A stretch of 50,622 nt of DNA, counting the filler, from Dimargaris cristalligena (Eukaryota): assembly GCA_003614675.1 (NCBI GenBank). It is 2 parts of 2 records of this genome, joined end to end, with 100 filler letters (N's around TTAATTAATTAA, not from the genome) between each part and the next. Parts side by side here need not be neighbours in the genome. Positions count along the whole stretch, not along the records: positions 1 to 25,289 come from ML002566.1; positions 25,390 to 50,622 come from ML002567.1. The stretch is one strand, 5' to 3'. Numbering within the stretch: position 1 is the first letter of the stretch; each line of letters starts with the position of its first letter. Positions 22,012-35,319 of the stretch are shown here, piece by piece. Under the pieces are notes generated by a model. That model made no database searches. It saw nothing but the letters and a program-made list of their open reading frames with translations, and was not told the origin of the DNA. The position numbers were made by a program, and so were the translations under genes.

Positions 22012-23186
22012 AAATTGGTGTTGTTTGACCACAGGCCCGATAGTCTAGGTGTGTCTAGAGGGTTTTGCGATAACCAATGCGAACTCAGGCATCTCTTTTT
22101 CAAGTTGTACCATTGGGCTCCGTGGAACGAGTGGGGCATTCCTGACTGGACTGTCTGGCCTGCATCGCGCTACTCTCGCCGTCAATCGATCGTTGTGGGT
22201 TTGGGTTATAATAAAAATACATTGATATATGTACAGCGGGACTAATTAAAATGCGATGAGATAAACGCGTTTACTAGCGCGAACTCTTTATACTGCACTG
22301 CTATTGTAATTGTATCCGGTTTTGTAGCTGATCCCCACTCTATTTTTGTAGGGGCGGTAAAATAGTGGTAACAGGTAAACCGTAAGCTCCCTCTTTTTCT
22401 CTCTCCTGTTTCGATTTTTAAGAAGCAGGGGGGTGGTCGTTGTACTTTCCAGAATACATTACACACGTGTATCAACATGTAACCATTCCGTTCCCACTAC
22501 TCATCCCTGTTGCCACAAGGTAAACAATGGAGGGGACACCTTATATATCAGCAGTTGCTGGACAGTGGCCCCTTGTTCTTCACGGGTCGCCCATCAACTT
22601 GCGCTTGGTAGAGAACAGTCAGCTAAACAACCATTAACAATTTTCCATTATAGTTTATTTACCCTGTTTCATCAATATCTATGATACTTACAGGACATCA
22701 TTGGGTCGTCCTACCCACCGTAGCCACGACTGGCCGCCTAGAAGGGATGCCACCAAAATTCATATAAATGTGGGGGGTGTCGTACTACCAAGACCAAGTG
22801 CAGCCCAACGGCACCACGAGTATAGTTGACTTTTCAATCTTTTTTTGAAATGGTTATCTTGATGGCTCAAGGGCTTGGGTAGGGGTATTGGTATGGGGAA
22901 TGTGGCATGGAGAAAAAAATAGCACAAGGAAATTGATTGCGGCATCTCCCGTTCCCAACCGCCCGTATGGCTTCGTGTTCCATTTTAGGTGGGAAATATA
23001 TACCCAACAATGGACACGGCCTTAATATATAAGGCCGTATCCCCAACGAAATCTAGAGGTCTCAATCAATCATTTTGGGCCACACTATTTGTCTATATAT
23101 TGCCGCTCTCCCCCTCTCCTCATTTCTTGCTTCACCACCCAAACGGCTGTTGGTCGCTATATTCCTAGCATATCCGCGTGATCAGA

Positions 23187-24936
23187 ATGAGGTTGCTTAA
23201 CGGGATTTTTCCTGCCTTGACCATCGGGTCTACCCTCCTTTTATATGGTCTGGGCCAGTCCACTGAGGACAGTCCGACGACCAAGCCGATACCACTAGAG
23301 ATTTTAGATCAAATTTTATCCTACTCTTCAAAAGACACCAATACCAGGCTATTGAATGATCCACTTTTATCCCACTCCGCCGCCAAATACCTCCCTCATC
23401 CGTCAGCGGTAAGCCATTGCACCCATTTCATTTACGGATTCCAGGGAGTCACTCTTTTCCGTAATCGACTGATTCTGACTTTTAGTCCATCGTAGCGTGT
23501 GCTAACCTTCCTCATTTTGATTGATTTTTGATGACATCCTCCTGGAATTTCTTTTATAAAATGGATAATTCGTGCTGGCTACATCGATTCCTCGGTCCGT
23601 GCCACCCATATTATAACTGGGTCAACCTTGTCTTCTACAGAAAACCATTCTTCCTAATTGGGAATTTGAGCTCCACGAAACCACGACTATCTTCACCCAA
23701 CAAAAAGAATGGGATAGACTTCTCATCATCTGGCGCCAGTTGGCCCCACTGGAACTGTGGGATACCGTCCTGCACTCCGTCACCAGCCTTTGTTCCTTGC
23801 AAAGTGCCACAGCTAACCCCTCTCGAACTCGGGGTAGTGTAGCCGCCGAGTGCACCGGGGAGCGATACAAGCGATTTCTCACAATCAATAAATACCGGCC
23901 TTTAGTCTCTAGAGGCCAGCGGGCCATGATCGACATGACTTCGTTAACCGTCCCGGATTGGGAAGTCGCGTTCCCCCTGGCCTCGTTTGCGAATGGAGAG
24001 ACGATGGATACTCTATTCCGTCTACTCCACCTGACTTTCGAGGCCCCTTTTTACGAAGGTAAACCCGTCCAGTTCAATGACTCGACTGAGCTGAATTTGA
24101 CGGACCTCACCCCATTTATCCGGGTGTCCACCACCATGACCGCCCTACTTAATCGCGTCGCCACTACAACCCTGTGGAAATTGTACCACCAGGGGAAATG
24201 GGACCATATTAAACACTATTTGGACCGGGCCATTGTCATGGTCACTCAGGGCCTCGACGACCATGCTCATAATTCCGAAGTGTACCGCTGGATCGAAACC
24301 CTGCAACAACAGGCTCGCTGTATCATCACGTTCGCCGCCATTGGCCTAAACGGTCCGTGGGTTGACGGAGTGATGGTTCGCATGGACCAACTGGATCAGC
24401 TCATAAGCGGCCGCAACGTAGGACTTGCATTTAGGGCTACTCTGTCAAATTACCTTGGCGAATTATCGACGCGGGGTTTCACCAAATTGGCGAAGTGGCT
24501 AGAACAAAAATGGCCTAATCTACCCGATGAAATCAACCCCTTTGCTACCATCACTCCGGTCAGTCCCATCTTCGACAAACGCTACTTTTACTTGAATCCT
24601 ATCGACGGCCACCTATACCAGGCCATTCCCTCCGGCTTTCTGTCACCATTGCCGGAGTCCCTGCGATACCTCGATCCGAATCAGCCCTATGTGATGGGCG
24701 ATTTCCAATACAAACTAAAGAACGATCTGCAGACTTTAAACTTACAGCAGTATGTCCATACCAATAGCGTGCCGGTCCACCATATGGTAATGCCTCCGAA
24801 CCGGCCTTTTAACTTACTCACCGACGAATTTGTCGATAATTTCCCCATTCAACAATTTACAACATTAGCTAATAGGAGAGGTTTATCGCATCGTTCTGGT
24901 GTCCGTCGGAATTATAGGTTTTCCAATTGGTTTTAA
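23187..24936 (+). CDS. Predicted secreted hypothetical protein with N-terminal F-box-like motif, ~505 aa
   Basis: Exon 1 23187-23408 (MRLLNGIFPALTIGSTLLLYGLG signal-like; IPLEILDQILSY F-box-like), phase-0 intron 23409-23640 (GTAAGC...CTACAG), exon 2 23641-24936 in frame with the 398-aa ORF. Confidence 0.7.
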
Positions 24937-25046
24937 ATTTTGTTCTTATCTTTATTAATAAAATAAATTAGACCCGATGATATTGGATAGATTTCCTAGG
25001 ATATGGTTCCTGTAGTTGCAAATTATGTGGAAGAATCGACAACAAT

Positions 25047-25182
25047 AAAAGAGACTCAAGCAGGCTGTATAGCATTAATTCCCATTGATGAGGCAGAAAC
25101 TACTGGTTAAACTTAAATTACTTGCCGCTTATTACATACATATACCATTTAAGACCCTATATAACTCAGCTGAATTTCACCA
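25047..25182 (+). mobile_element. MITE copy 5 (diverged)
   Basis: AAAAGAGACTCAAGCAGGCTGTATA...CAGCTGAATTTCACCA, 136 bp, flanks CAAT/AAAT, internal GATGAGGC..ACTACTGGTT core. Confidence 0.75.
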
Positions 25183-25237
25183 AAATAGATTAAATGTCCA
25201 AATAGAAGTCGCGCTAATAATCGAGCGTAAAAGAAAA

Positions 25238-25289
25238 TGTCAAGATCCAGGATCGAACCGGAGACCTTGCGCGTGTGAGGCGCATGTGA
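25238..25289 (-). tRNA. tRNA-Val(CAC), 3' portion only (5' end lost in the gap)
   Basis: Minus strand TGCGC CTCACAC GCGCA AGGTC TCCGGTTCGATCCTGGA TCTTGAC A followed by TTTTCTTTT. Confidence 0.85.
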
Positions 25290-25389
25290 NNNNNNNNNNN
25301 NNNNNNNNNNNNNNNNNNNNNNNNNNNNNNNNNTTAATTAATTAANNNNNNNNNNNNNNNNNNNNNNNNNNNNNNNNNNNNNNNNNNNN
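25290..25389. other. Artificial contig-joining spacer (44 N + TTAATTAATTAA + 44 N)
   Basis: Exactly 100 bp and symmetric. The central 12-mer has stop codons in all six frames. Confidence 0.95.
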
Positions 25390-25471
25390 TTGGTGGGATG
25401 TTTATTTTCAACCAGTAGTACTTGCCTCATCAAATGGATTTTTCATTATACAGCCTTGTTGAACTACTCCC
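25390..25471 (-). mobile_element. MITE copy 6 (truncated by gap)
   Basis: Nearly identical to the distal part of copy 4. Ends GAACTACTCCC + ATAT. Confidence 0.85.
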
Positions 25472-25923
25472 ATATTATTATGGGTCGTACTGAAGGGGAT
25501 AATAGTGACCAAGTATGGCTTATGGCTAAGGAAGAGGCCAGTGAAGTTGCTGTAACACCAAAATGACTTGGCCAGTGTCGGCCACCTTTTCCGCTTAATA
25601 CCCCAAAGAAAATATAGCTGTAACCTATTCCATAAGTCCATATTAGCATTGAGTAAAAAATATACTGCTAAGGACTTAATTTTGTGGGGACTGGTTCAAT
25701 TTGTGCTATTTCTCCTCAAGTGCCCCGTCAAGATAAAATTACCGGTGATAGCGTTTACAGTTCTAAAGAGACGCTTATGCCCATGTATGTCAATATATCT
25801 GTATTATAAAGAACTACAGACGCGCGTAATAACCAGGTATTTAGATTTAACATATGGGTTTATTTAGTATCGCGAAAGAAAAAAGTAAGCATATCAATAA
25901 ACCCCAAGTACAAATAAAAATAA

Positions 25924-27370
25924 TTAACCGTACATCTCCATCAGATACCGCTTATATATACTCATAAATTTGGCTACAAATGCCTCAAGATGGAAGATCG
26001 CCTTTTGGCCACTCACCAAGCGGTGTTCGTAAAAAGCCGCATAGCGGCAGATTTCGGGTTTGAGCTGCTGATCGACCTGACCAATAAGTTCGAAAGCCAG
26101 CGTACGAAGCACAATCGACGGGGGAATACAGTGGGTAAGTAGTTCATATAGGTAACCCCGGACCTCCAACATCCGCTTGGGACTCTGTTCCTGGATCATC
26201 GACTGGGCCATACCCTTAATAAATTGCTGCCAATCGGCCAGGGGTACCGTCTGGTCCGCTGTGAATGGGTACTGTTGAACACGCGCGGTTTCGAGCATCA
26301 GCACGGCCCGGCGGAGGTTGCGTTCGGATGCCTCCGCGATCCGTTCGGCCAAGGCCGGGGATAGTTTTAGGCTCTCCCGCTTGGCGACGGCACTCAGGAC
26401 TTCCACGATATCCGCAGTGGTAGGTGCGGCGACCCGGAGTGACAGACAACGGCTGCGAATGGGGGAGATGATCTTACTGGTACTATTGCAGCAGAGGATG
26501 ATGCGTATGTTGGCCATGTATTTTTCCATAGTTCGGCGGAGTGCGTGTTGGGCGTCTTTGGAGAGAGCATCGGCTTCGTTAATCACGACGACCTTGAATT
26601 TCCGCTGCGCGTTGGTGTCAACTTGTTGGGTTTGGGCCACCTCTTTGATCATATCCTGAACCACGATCCGATCGTAAATTCCGACGTCGCTAATTAGATG
26701 TATCGATATTAAACAACCAAAAGGCAATCGGTCATTAGTAGGTTAGTATATAATATAGAAAGTCGATGAATTTGCCGGACTATATGATCTTCAAAAGGTG
26801 GGGTGGGGATCGAATACTATATTGATTCCATTGTAGAGGACGCATTGGATTATCCGGAAAGGACCACTGGTCTTACCTTGGGTTTAATTCAAGATGGTAA
26901 TTGCTGGTCACAACATTCAGTTCAATGGATTTCCTGGACGGCGTTTCGAATCGCCGTAAGTCAATTTTGAGTTTTTCGACACCAGGCCCATAGACTTCGC
27001 GCAACAAGGCCACGATACGGGTTTTCTTACCCGCTCCGGAGGGTCCATAGACTAGAAGATGGGGTAAGTCACCAGTATTGGCCTATATGGGCAAGCACGA
27101 GATATAACGTTCGGTTCGTATATGCAGTATAATAACATGGGTGGAGGCGATTAGGTTTGGCTGCAGAAATGAGAAGGTAAAAGGCAAATTTGTTCTTTTA
27201 CCACCGTGAAAGGGTTGGGTTGGGTGAAACGAAGAGGTGTACCGTAGCTTTCCATGGATTAGCGGAAAATGGCCTGGACTTACCAATCTCTTTAGATTCG
27301 TCGAGAGGTCCTGGTGGTAGCTAAGCTTGTCCAGCGAGGACGGCCGGTACTTGTCAACCCAGAGACTCAT
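25924..27370 (-). CDS. RFC5: Replication factor C subunit 5 (yeast Rfc5 / human RFC3), ~352 aa
   Basis: Exons 27284-27370, 26877-27082, 25924-26689, all GT-AG. Motifs MSLWVDKYRP, LPHLLVYGPSGAGKKTR, SNYHLELNPSDVG, FKVVVINEAD, AQHALRRTMEKY, IRSRC, KAIFHLEAFVAKFM. Confidence 0.96.
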
Positions 27371-27939
27371 GGTGGCAAATAATCGGACGAATGGAAGCGG
27401 GCGGAGTAAAAGCGGAAGGGACAAGTAAACGGCAGATTTGCAAAAGAGTGAGTTTGAACTAAAGTTTGGTAACGGGTTGTTTGGGTGTAGTTTTTTAGAT
27501 ACAAGTGAGTGGCCGCAGTTGTTTACGCTTACAGGGAAGGAGCTGTTAATGAAAGGAGGGAGAGCATCCCCGGCTCACAACCATTTCCCATTGACACACT
27601 TGCGGAGTAAGCATCAGTAGAGTACCCTTAGGAAATCATTTCCCGCCTATGGGACATTATTTGGACTAACTGGGCCTCCATCGTTAGGAGGAAACCACGT
27701 CAATCGAGGAGTGGCGAGCTGGTCACAAAGTGGAGTCCAGCGACCCATCTGCCAACTCAGCCGTCATTGCAAAGCTCATCCCAGCCCATCCGCTCTATCT
27801 TTACCCTTCCCTTGTTGCCCGTCAGTAGTCTATTCTTTGCCATCATCCCCCTTCTTATTCTCTGTTCCTTATACTTATATTTAGTTTTCCGTTCTAGTTG
27901 GCGTAGATTCCCCCTTTCTATCGGTCTCCTGTGTCCGCG

Positions 27940-30900
27940 ATGCAGATGTTAACAAAGGTAAGCTAAAACCGGTGACTCAAACCCCGCCGGGTCGACCAAG
28001 TGGGCCCTTTTTGGCCTAGAGCGAGCGGAGTTCGGCTCGTCATCTAGGTGCTGCACTGTGCCTCTCGAATCCCGGCGATGCCAAGGCTACATCACGGATT
28101 GTCCGGGGGCCGAATTCGGTAATAGATGAATAGCCGGGTTTCATCCCATCTCCTGGCCGCCCTAACTGAAGCGCATATACGCCAACGCATAGCCCTTTCC
28201 TTTCTCCCCCTTACTAATCTAACTGTTTATTTCCCTCGCTACTTATACCCGCTAGTTCGAAACAAAAAGCAACCGGGTGAAAGGCCTGGCTTTCCACCCG
28301 AAGCGCCCCTGGATTCTCGCTGCTCTGCACAATGGTTGTATACAGCTTTGGGACTACCGGATGGGTACTCTCCTGGAGCGCTTTGACGAACACGAAGGTA
28401 ATGCTAAATTCAATTACTTTGCCGTCCCGGTCTCCCAATTCCGGACTAGGGTCCAGATCATAAGGGGCTGTTTGGCATTGCCGCGAATCAATTATCCCCG
28501 CCCGGACCTTCAATACCGTGCAGGTTTGGTTTCCGAAGCTCTTACTAACAATACCATATCCATATATTCCGGATCCCCCTACCTAATCTATGCAATCCAT
28601 TACCAGGTCCCGTACGCGGAGTGGCCTTCCACCCCACTCAAAACCTCTTCGTTACCGGCGGCGACGACTTCAAAATTAAGGTCTGGAACCATAAGACCAG
28701 GCGCTGCCTGTTTACCCTCAATGGCCATATGGATTATATTCGCACCGTTGCTTTCCACCACGAACTGCCATGGATTCTGAGTGCCAGTGACGACCAGACC
28801 ATCCGCATCTGGAACTGGCAGTCCCGCCAGTGCATTGCCATTCTTCCCGGGCATACCCACTACGTTATGTCGGCCCAATTCCACCCTCGTGACGATCTGA
28901 TCGTCTCCGCCTGCCTGGACGAAACCATTCGGGTATGGGACTACTCCGGTTTGCGTAAGAAAAACTCTGCCGGAGCCCCGCCCGGGCTCGATGAAATGAT
29001 GCATCCCAGTCACCGCGGACCCGGTGGTCAGGCCGACATCTTTGGCAATACCGATGTTTACGTTAAATTTGTCCTGGAGGGCCACACCAGGGGGGTCAAT
29101 TGGGCCTCGTTCCACCCTACTCTACCCCTGATTGTTTCCGGTGGTGACGACCGTCAAGTGAAACTTTGGCGCATGAATGACGCCAAGGCCTGGGAGGTGG
29201 ATACCTGCCGAGGCCACTTTAACAATGTGTCTTGCGTCCTCTTCCACCCTCGCCAGGACATGATCATTTCCGATTCCGAGGACCGCACTATTCGAGTGTG
29301 GGACAACAACCGCCGCACCCTGCTGCAAACCTTCCACCGGGACCAGGAAAAATTCTGGATCCTGGCGGCCCACCCAGAGATCAACCTGTTCGCTGCCGGG
29401 CACGACGGCGGTCTGATGGTGTTTAAATTGGAGCGGGAACGGCCGGCCTTTGCCATTCACCAGCGTTCGCTTTTCTTTGTCAAGGGCAACCAGGTCCGCT
29501 ACCACGACTACAAGACCACCGACGGCTCTCCTGTTGTTACCCTGCGCCAATTCGCCGAGAACCGCTACAACCAGCCCCCGCGCACGCTTTCCTACAACCC
29601 CGCCGAGAATTCGCTGCTCATTACTTATTCCACAGATGGCGGAGTCTACGAGCTCTACACCATGCCCGGCAATTTCCTGACCCATGTGGACAGTAACCAG
29701 CACTACCAGAGGGGAAGCGGGGGATCCGCGGTCTGGATCAGTCGCAACCGGTTTGCTGTGCTGGACTCTGCCCACCAACAGATTCTGGTCAAGGATCTGT
29801 CGAACGCCACCACCAAGACCATCAAATGCCCCCAGCCTGCCACCGAGATCTTCGCCGGCCCCGGCTCTACCCTGCTTATCAGCACCCCCACCGCTGTGCT
29901 CTTCTACGATATCCAGCAAAAGGTGGTCCAGCGCGAAATCAGTGTTGCCCCGGTGAAGTACGTGGTGTGGAATTCCGATATGTCCATGGTGGCCCTTCTC
30001 TGCAAGCATACCATCACCCTGGCCACCAAGGGCGGGGAACAGGTCTGCCAGATTTCCGAAACCATCCGCATCAAGAGCGGCGCCTGGGACGAAAACGGTG
30101 TGTTCATCTACACTACTCTGAACCACCTCAAGTACTGCCTGCCCCAAGGGGATAATGGTATCATCCGCACCCTCGAGAACCCCATCTATCTGACCTGCGT
30201 CCAGGGCCGTGACGTGCACTGCCTGGACCGTGATGCGCAGACCCGAGTTATTACCATTGACCCCACCGAGTATCGTTTCAAACTGGCCCTTGTCAACCGT
30301 AACTACGAGGATGTGGTAACCATTATCCGTCGGTCTAATCTGGTTGGCCAATCCATCATCGCGTATCTTCAAAAGAAGGGGTATCCCGAAATCGCCCTCA
30401 ATTTTGTCAAGGAGCATGCGGCCCGTTTTGAACTGGCCATTGCTTGCGGCAACATGGAAATCGCCCTTGAAACCGCCAAAGCAATGGATAAGGAGGAGTA
30501 CTGGGTGAAACTAGCCTCAGAGGCCCTTCGCCTCGGCCGGGTGCAGATTGTCGAAATGGCTTACCAACGCGTCAAGCGTTTTGACCACCTCTCCTTCCTG
30601 TATCTCATCACTGGTAATACCGAGAAGCTACAGAAAATGATGAAGATTGCCGAGATCCGCGGTGATGCCCAGTCTCGGTTCCACAATGCCCTTTACCTCG
30701 GTGACGTAGAAGAACGGATTCGGGTCCTCAAAGAACTGCGCCAGTTCTCCCTCGCCTACACGACGGCCAAGGCCCACGGTCTTGAGGAAGAGGCCGAATC
30801 TATCCTGCAACTCTCAGGTGTGGATCCGGCCACCGTTCAATTGCCCGTCGGACTGGACCAGGCCAAACTCTTTACTCCCGCGGCCCCCATTGTGCGCCAG

Positions 30901-32178
30901 ACCGAACTTAATTGGCCCCAGCTGGCCGTTTCCAAGGGCATCTTCGAAAACATGTTTGCCCAACGCGAGACCGCCGCCACGGGTGGACGCTCGGCCCAGA
31001 TTAATCTCATGGATGAGCCGGTGGACGAAATTGCCGGTGATTGGGGTGGTGCGGATGATTTAGACTTGCCTGGCTTCGAAACGGCTGTACCAGCGGAGGC
31101 CCAGGCTACCGGGCGTGGTATCGATAATGAGGATGAGGACATGGAAGATGCGGGTGGCTGGGGAATCGACGAAGACCTCAGATTGCAGCTGGAGGCCGAT
31201 ATGGCCGCCGATACTTCCGCCAGTGTGGCCGGTGAGTTTGTCGCCCCCGCCATGGGCACCCGCGAATCAGATCTGTGGCCCCGTAACTCGTCACTGCCCG
31301 TAGACCATGTGGCAGCGGGGGCCTTTGATACCGCCATGAAGCTCCTGAAGCAGCAGATTGGTGTGATCCACTTCGAACCCCTCAAATCCCACTTTATGAC
31401 TATTTTCCAGGCTACCCAAACGGAACTGCCGGTCAACCTGGGACTTCCTGCCCTGACTAACGCCGTGCGGCGAACCCCCGAGGAAACGGAACCCCGGCGC
31501 TGGTTGCCCGTGGTACCTTTCGACCTATCCTTGGCCATTCAACAACTGCAGGATGGGTACAAGAAAACCACCGGGGGCCGATTCCAGGATGCCATGGACC
31601 TGTTCAAGCAAATCCTGCTGTCCCTTATTTTCACCCTAGCCCCCAAGAAGAGCGACGCGGACGAAACCCACCAACTCATCCGCATCTGCCAGGAATACCT
31701 GGTGGGTTTGAAAATGGAACTGGCCCGTCAGGAATTAATGACCGCCGGCAGTGATTCGATCAAACGGGTGTTGGAGCTGGCGGCCTACTTCTCCCACAGT
31801 GCCCTGCAACCCATGCACCAGCAACTCGCGCTGCGTTCCGCCATGGTTCTGAACTATAAGCAAAAGAATTTCCAGTCCGCGGCCAACTTCGCCCGCCGCC
31901 TCCTGGAACTGGCCCCGGCCCAGGCGGTGGCTAACCAGGCCCGCCAGATCCAAACCATCTGCGATCGTAATTCACGGGACGAAATCCCATTGGAGTACGA
32001 CCAATACAACCCTTTTGTCATGTGTGCGGCTACCTATACTCCCCTGTATAAGAACAGTCCCGTATCGCACTGCTCGTATTGCCAGGCCGCGTATAAGCAG
32101 GAATTCAATGGGGAGGTGTGTCGGGTATGTGAAATCGCCGAAATCGGCGGTAAGGGAACTGGTCTGCGTTTGTCGTAA
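27940..32178 (+). CDS. COP1: Coatomer subunit alpha (COPI), ~1243 aa
   Basis: Exons 27940-27957, 28256-28397, 28607-32178. Starts [27 protein letters not shown]40 repeats, [23 protein letters not shown]-terminal YNPFVMC...CSYC...[10 protein letters not shown]. Confidence 0.97.
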
Positions 32179-32994
32179 AGTCGAGAACAGGATAAGGAAA
32201 GATAACCGCGGTTGCTCTCTTCTAGCCGTCCCAATTTTCTGGGCTATTATAGGGGTGATTTATGTATGGTGGGAGACCGATGTTTATTTAGAGAGCGACC
32301 ATCTATTCTTTCTTTTTTATTTTTTTCGAATTTTATTACTATATATTCTCAATCTATCATATCATCATCCGGTTCCTACTTTTTTTTTTATTTCGTTGTT
32401 TTTGCTTAAACCGATTCTGAATGTTTATATATCGACTTACATCTCACTTACATATATATAAATACAAATATATACCAACGTATCTAAGGAAACTCTGTAG
32501 TTTGATTTTGTAAGATAATCTCCAGTGCTATAGTTGAAAACCCTAGCACGATACAGGGGATAGTTTCAGCCAATACATTGGCATAGTCGAGTCAAGAAGG
32601 GATGAGTATAATGAATGTCCCGATTGCTGATCGGTTTATTCAGTCTAATATCAACGTAAATACCCCTGCTTAGCCTTCATTGTAATGTTAATAAGACATC
32701 GGTGAGCACCCCCTCCCCCCGCCTAACAGCTCATTCAACGGGGATTTTACATTTGGAGCCTTTTAGGGTATATTTGTCACTCAAAAGAAGCCATAGTTGT
32801 TCGGTCAACAGGTAATTCACAAGAAAAGATGCAGGTGTTTGGATGTCATCATTTTTATATATATAGTAATAGGTTGTGGTAAGAATGAAAATAAACAACA
32901 GACAGACAGACAGACAGATATACAGACGTAACTCGATATAAATTGGAGGGTAAGGACATCCCGAGCGGAGCCTTTCAGGGTTCTAGCCACACTA

Positions 32995-35319
32995 TCAAAC
33001 TGGTTTGGTCGCGGCAGTCGTCTTTTTTCGCTTTTTCTGGGCGGAGCCGGCGGTGGGAGTTGCGGCGTCTCCTTCTACTTTCTTCTTGCGTTTCATGACA
33101 GCATCTGGAATTAAACAAATTACAGACATCGTAAAATAGCAAAAGGTACCCATTTGATTAATACACCTATGCTTTACCCATAATAATGCAATGCGGGCGC
33201 AGGGGAGATTCCCCAAATAGGTGCGTTCGTTGGTGTTCGGTGGGGGGTATTAAACATATCGGGTATAAAGCGTAGGGCTAGATAAGTATAGGGGGGCCTC
33301 CAAAGGATATTGCTTACCTGTTTTGGGGGTACCAATTTGGCTGGACGGCTTTAAGGTTTCACCGGAAATAGTCGACCAAAACCCACATGGATAAATATTA
33401 GTTGATAATGGTAGATTGCTTATAGTTAGGCGGGATGGTTTCCAAATATATAAGGGGGGTAGGACCTGCCGAACCTCAAAATGGCGAGTTGATACCTTAA
33501 AAAAAACCAACACCACTGAATATATTATAGTTCGGTAGGGCTAAGTGCTGACTGTAATAAAATTATACTTTACCTGAGGTGGGGGCAACTTACTAACCGG
33601 TGGGGGTGCCGATAGGGTTGACTTTTCATTGGCCGTCCCCCCCAGATAAGTAGTAGTGGTGCCGGTATTAGTAGTAGTAGTAGTAGTGGTGGTGGTGGTG
33701 GTCGCCCGGGCCTTCTCCAATTTTTCGATTTCCGCCATTTTTGTCGCCGCGGACATCATGGAGGCATACAGGGAAGTTCGAAATTGCACAAACTCTGGGT
33801 TCGTGAGTAAACGCCGATTGGCGGCTGGGTCGGCTGCGGGAGGGGAGGGATTCACCGCTGCCGCGTCCTTCTGGGCGGAGGGCTTCGAAGGGGTCGCTTG
33901 GTTGATTTCCTTCCAGGAATAGCCCTCGGCCGGATGGAAATGGGCGTACTTGGTCACTTCCTCAAACGCTGAATGCGTATGGAATAGCGAAATCAACTAA
34001 TGTCCGGGGATAATGGTTGTTAGCATTGAGGTACAATAACAAATCTCACTCGTTAAAATCTGGCGGGGTCCGAGAACCAATAGCGCGCCAACGCAGTGCT
34101 ATCCACTAATAATAAATAAAATAAACGGCCGAGTCTGGGTAGATTGGAAGACAATTCCTGGTCTACAAAGGATACTTAGCAGAGCTCTAACACTTACCAA
34201 CCGACTAGAGATGAGCGAGTAAAGGTCAGGTGATTGGTAAATGTTCCCGTTTATAATGTAATATGTTGCTAGGGGAATCACTAGATTGGGAATTGGGCAG
34301 AGTCAAGACATCACCGATAACCGTAGGAGATATAAATATATAAACAAGAAATAGCCGCTTAGCATTCAATTATTATATTTTAATGGCCAGGAGATGAAAT
34401 ACACCACTAATCAAGTAAACTGCTTCAAGCTACGCACGTCATATTTGGGACACACGGGTGGAATAAATAGGCATCTATAGCTTGGGTTTAATGAACTCTA
34501 CCTTCATTGGGGCTTTTCCGGCGTTGTTTCCGGATAATAAACAACGTGGGCCATTTCTCATGCACAACGGCAAACTCGATACCCGTCATTTTTCTACATG
34601 ACGGTCAATACCCAAACAATATCCGCAGAAATACCCCGAATAAGCGCGTATTACTTATAATAAAATACTAGGCTTCGTGCGTTTCGAGTCTACCATAGTC
34701 CTTGGTATTAAATACATTATTACTTTTCTCCACATCACGAGAAATATATCGGCCCACGACTTTAAGGAGAGAAGCCCATACCACCACTTACTTTAGATCG
34801 AGTTGGGCCGTTTGAAGCTCATTAAACTGAGTCTGCATTTTGAGGACCGCGTTATTACTGGTCGGGTCCCAAAAGGGCGATAAGCTGAAGTATTCCAACA
34901 CATTGTCGGGGCGCAAACCGCCGTTGGCCTATAGATAAGCGTATATAGTCCCATAACGGGGGTTTTTTTTTAAAAAAAAACAAAAAGTAGAAGGGGCCCC
35001 AGGTTAGTTATACATCATTCAAGCCAACGGACATTGCAACGCGTGCGGCTTACAGGTGAATGAGAAAGGTTTGGCCCAGATGCGGGTACCCCCCCAGTGA
35101 TGGAAGGGTACTCTCTAGGAATAGAATAGGAGGTGCCCCCCGGTTGCGGTAGCTATCCCATTCCACGCTGAATAGCCGCATGCTCGGTTAAGGGGGAACG
35201 GGTCGGAGTAGAAGGTAAGGCAGTATAAAAGGCAACGTGCCGATTCTTACACCAAGCCATTCGGTAAAACGCCACTCAATGTCGGTTAGATTGGTGGTAC
35301 TTAGCAGATTGTCGTCCAT
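32995..35319 (-). CDS. MED6: Mediator complex subunit 6, ~297 aa, six exons
   Basis: Exons 35251-35319, 34792-34928, 34502-34593, 34198-34280, 33594-33996, 32995-33104. Motifs EWRFTEWL, NVLEYFSLSPFWDPTSNNAVLKMQ, MTGIEFAV, LFIIRKQRR, ATYYIINGNIYQSPDLYSLISSRL, FHPAEGYSW. The last exon (basic NLS-like tail) is less certain. Confidence 0.9.

Noticed and set aside
29122..30417. 431-aa minus-strand ORF, and other long ORFs overlapping COP1, CSL, ABCD4 and the BRCT gene
   Set aside because: Antisense or alternative-frame shadows of GC3-rich real genes, with no recognisable motifs.
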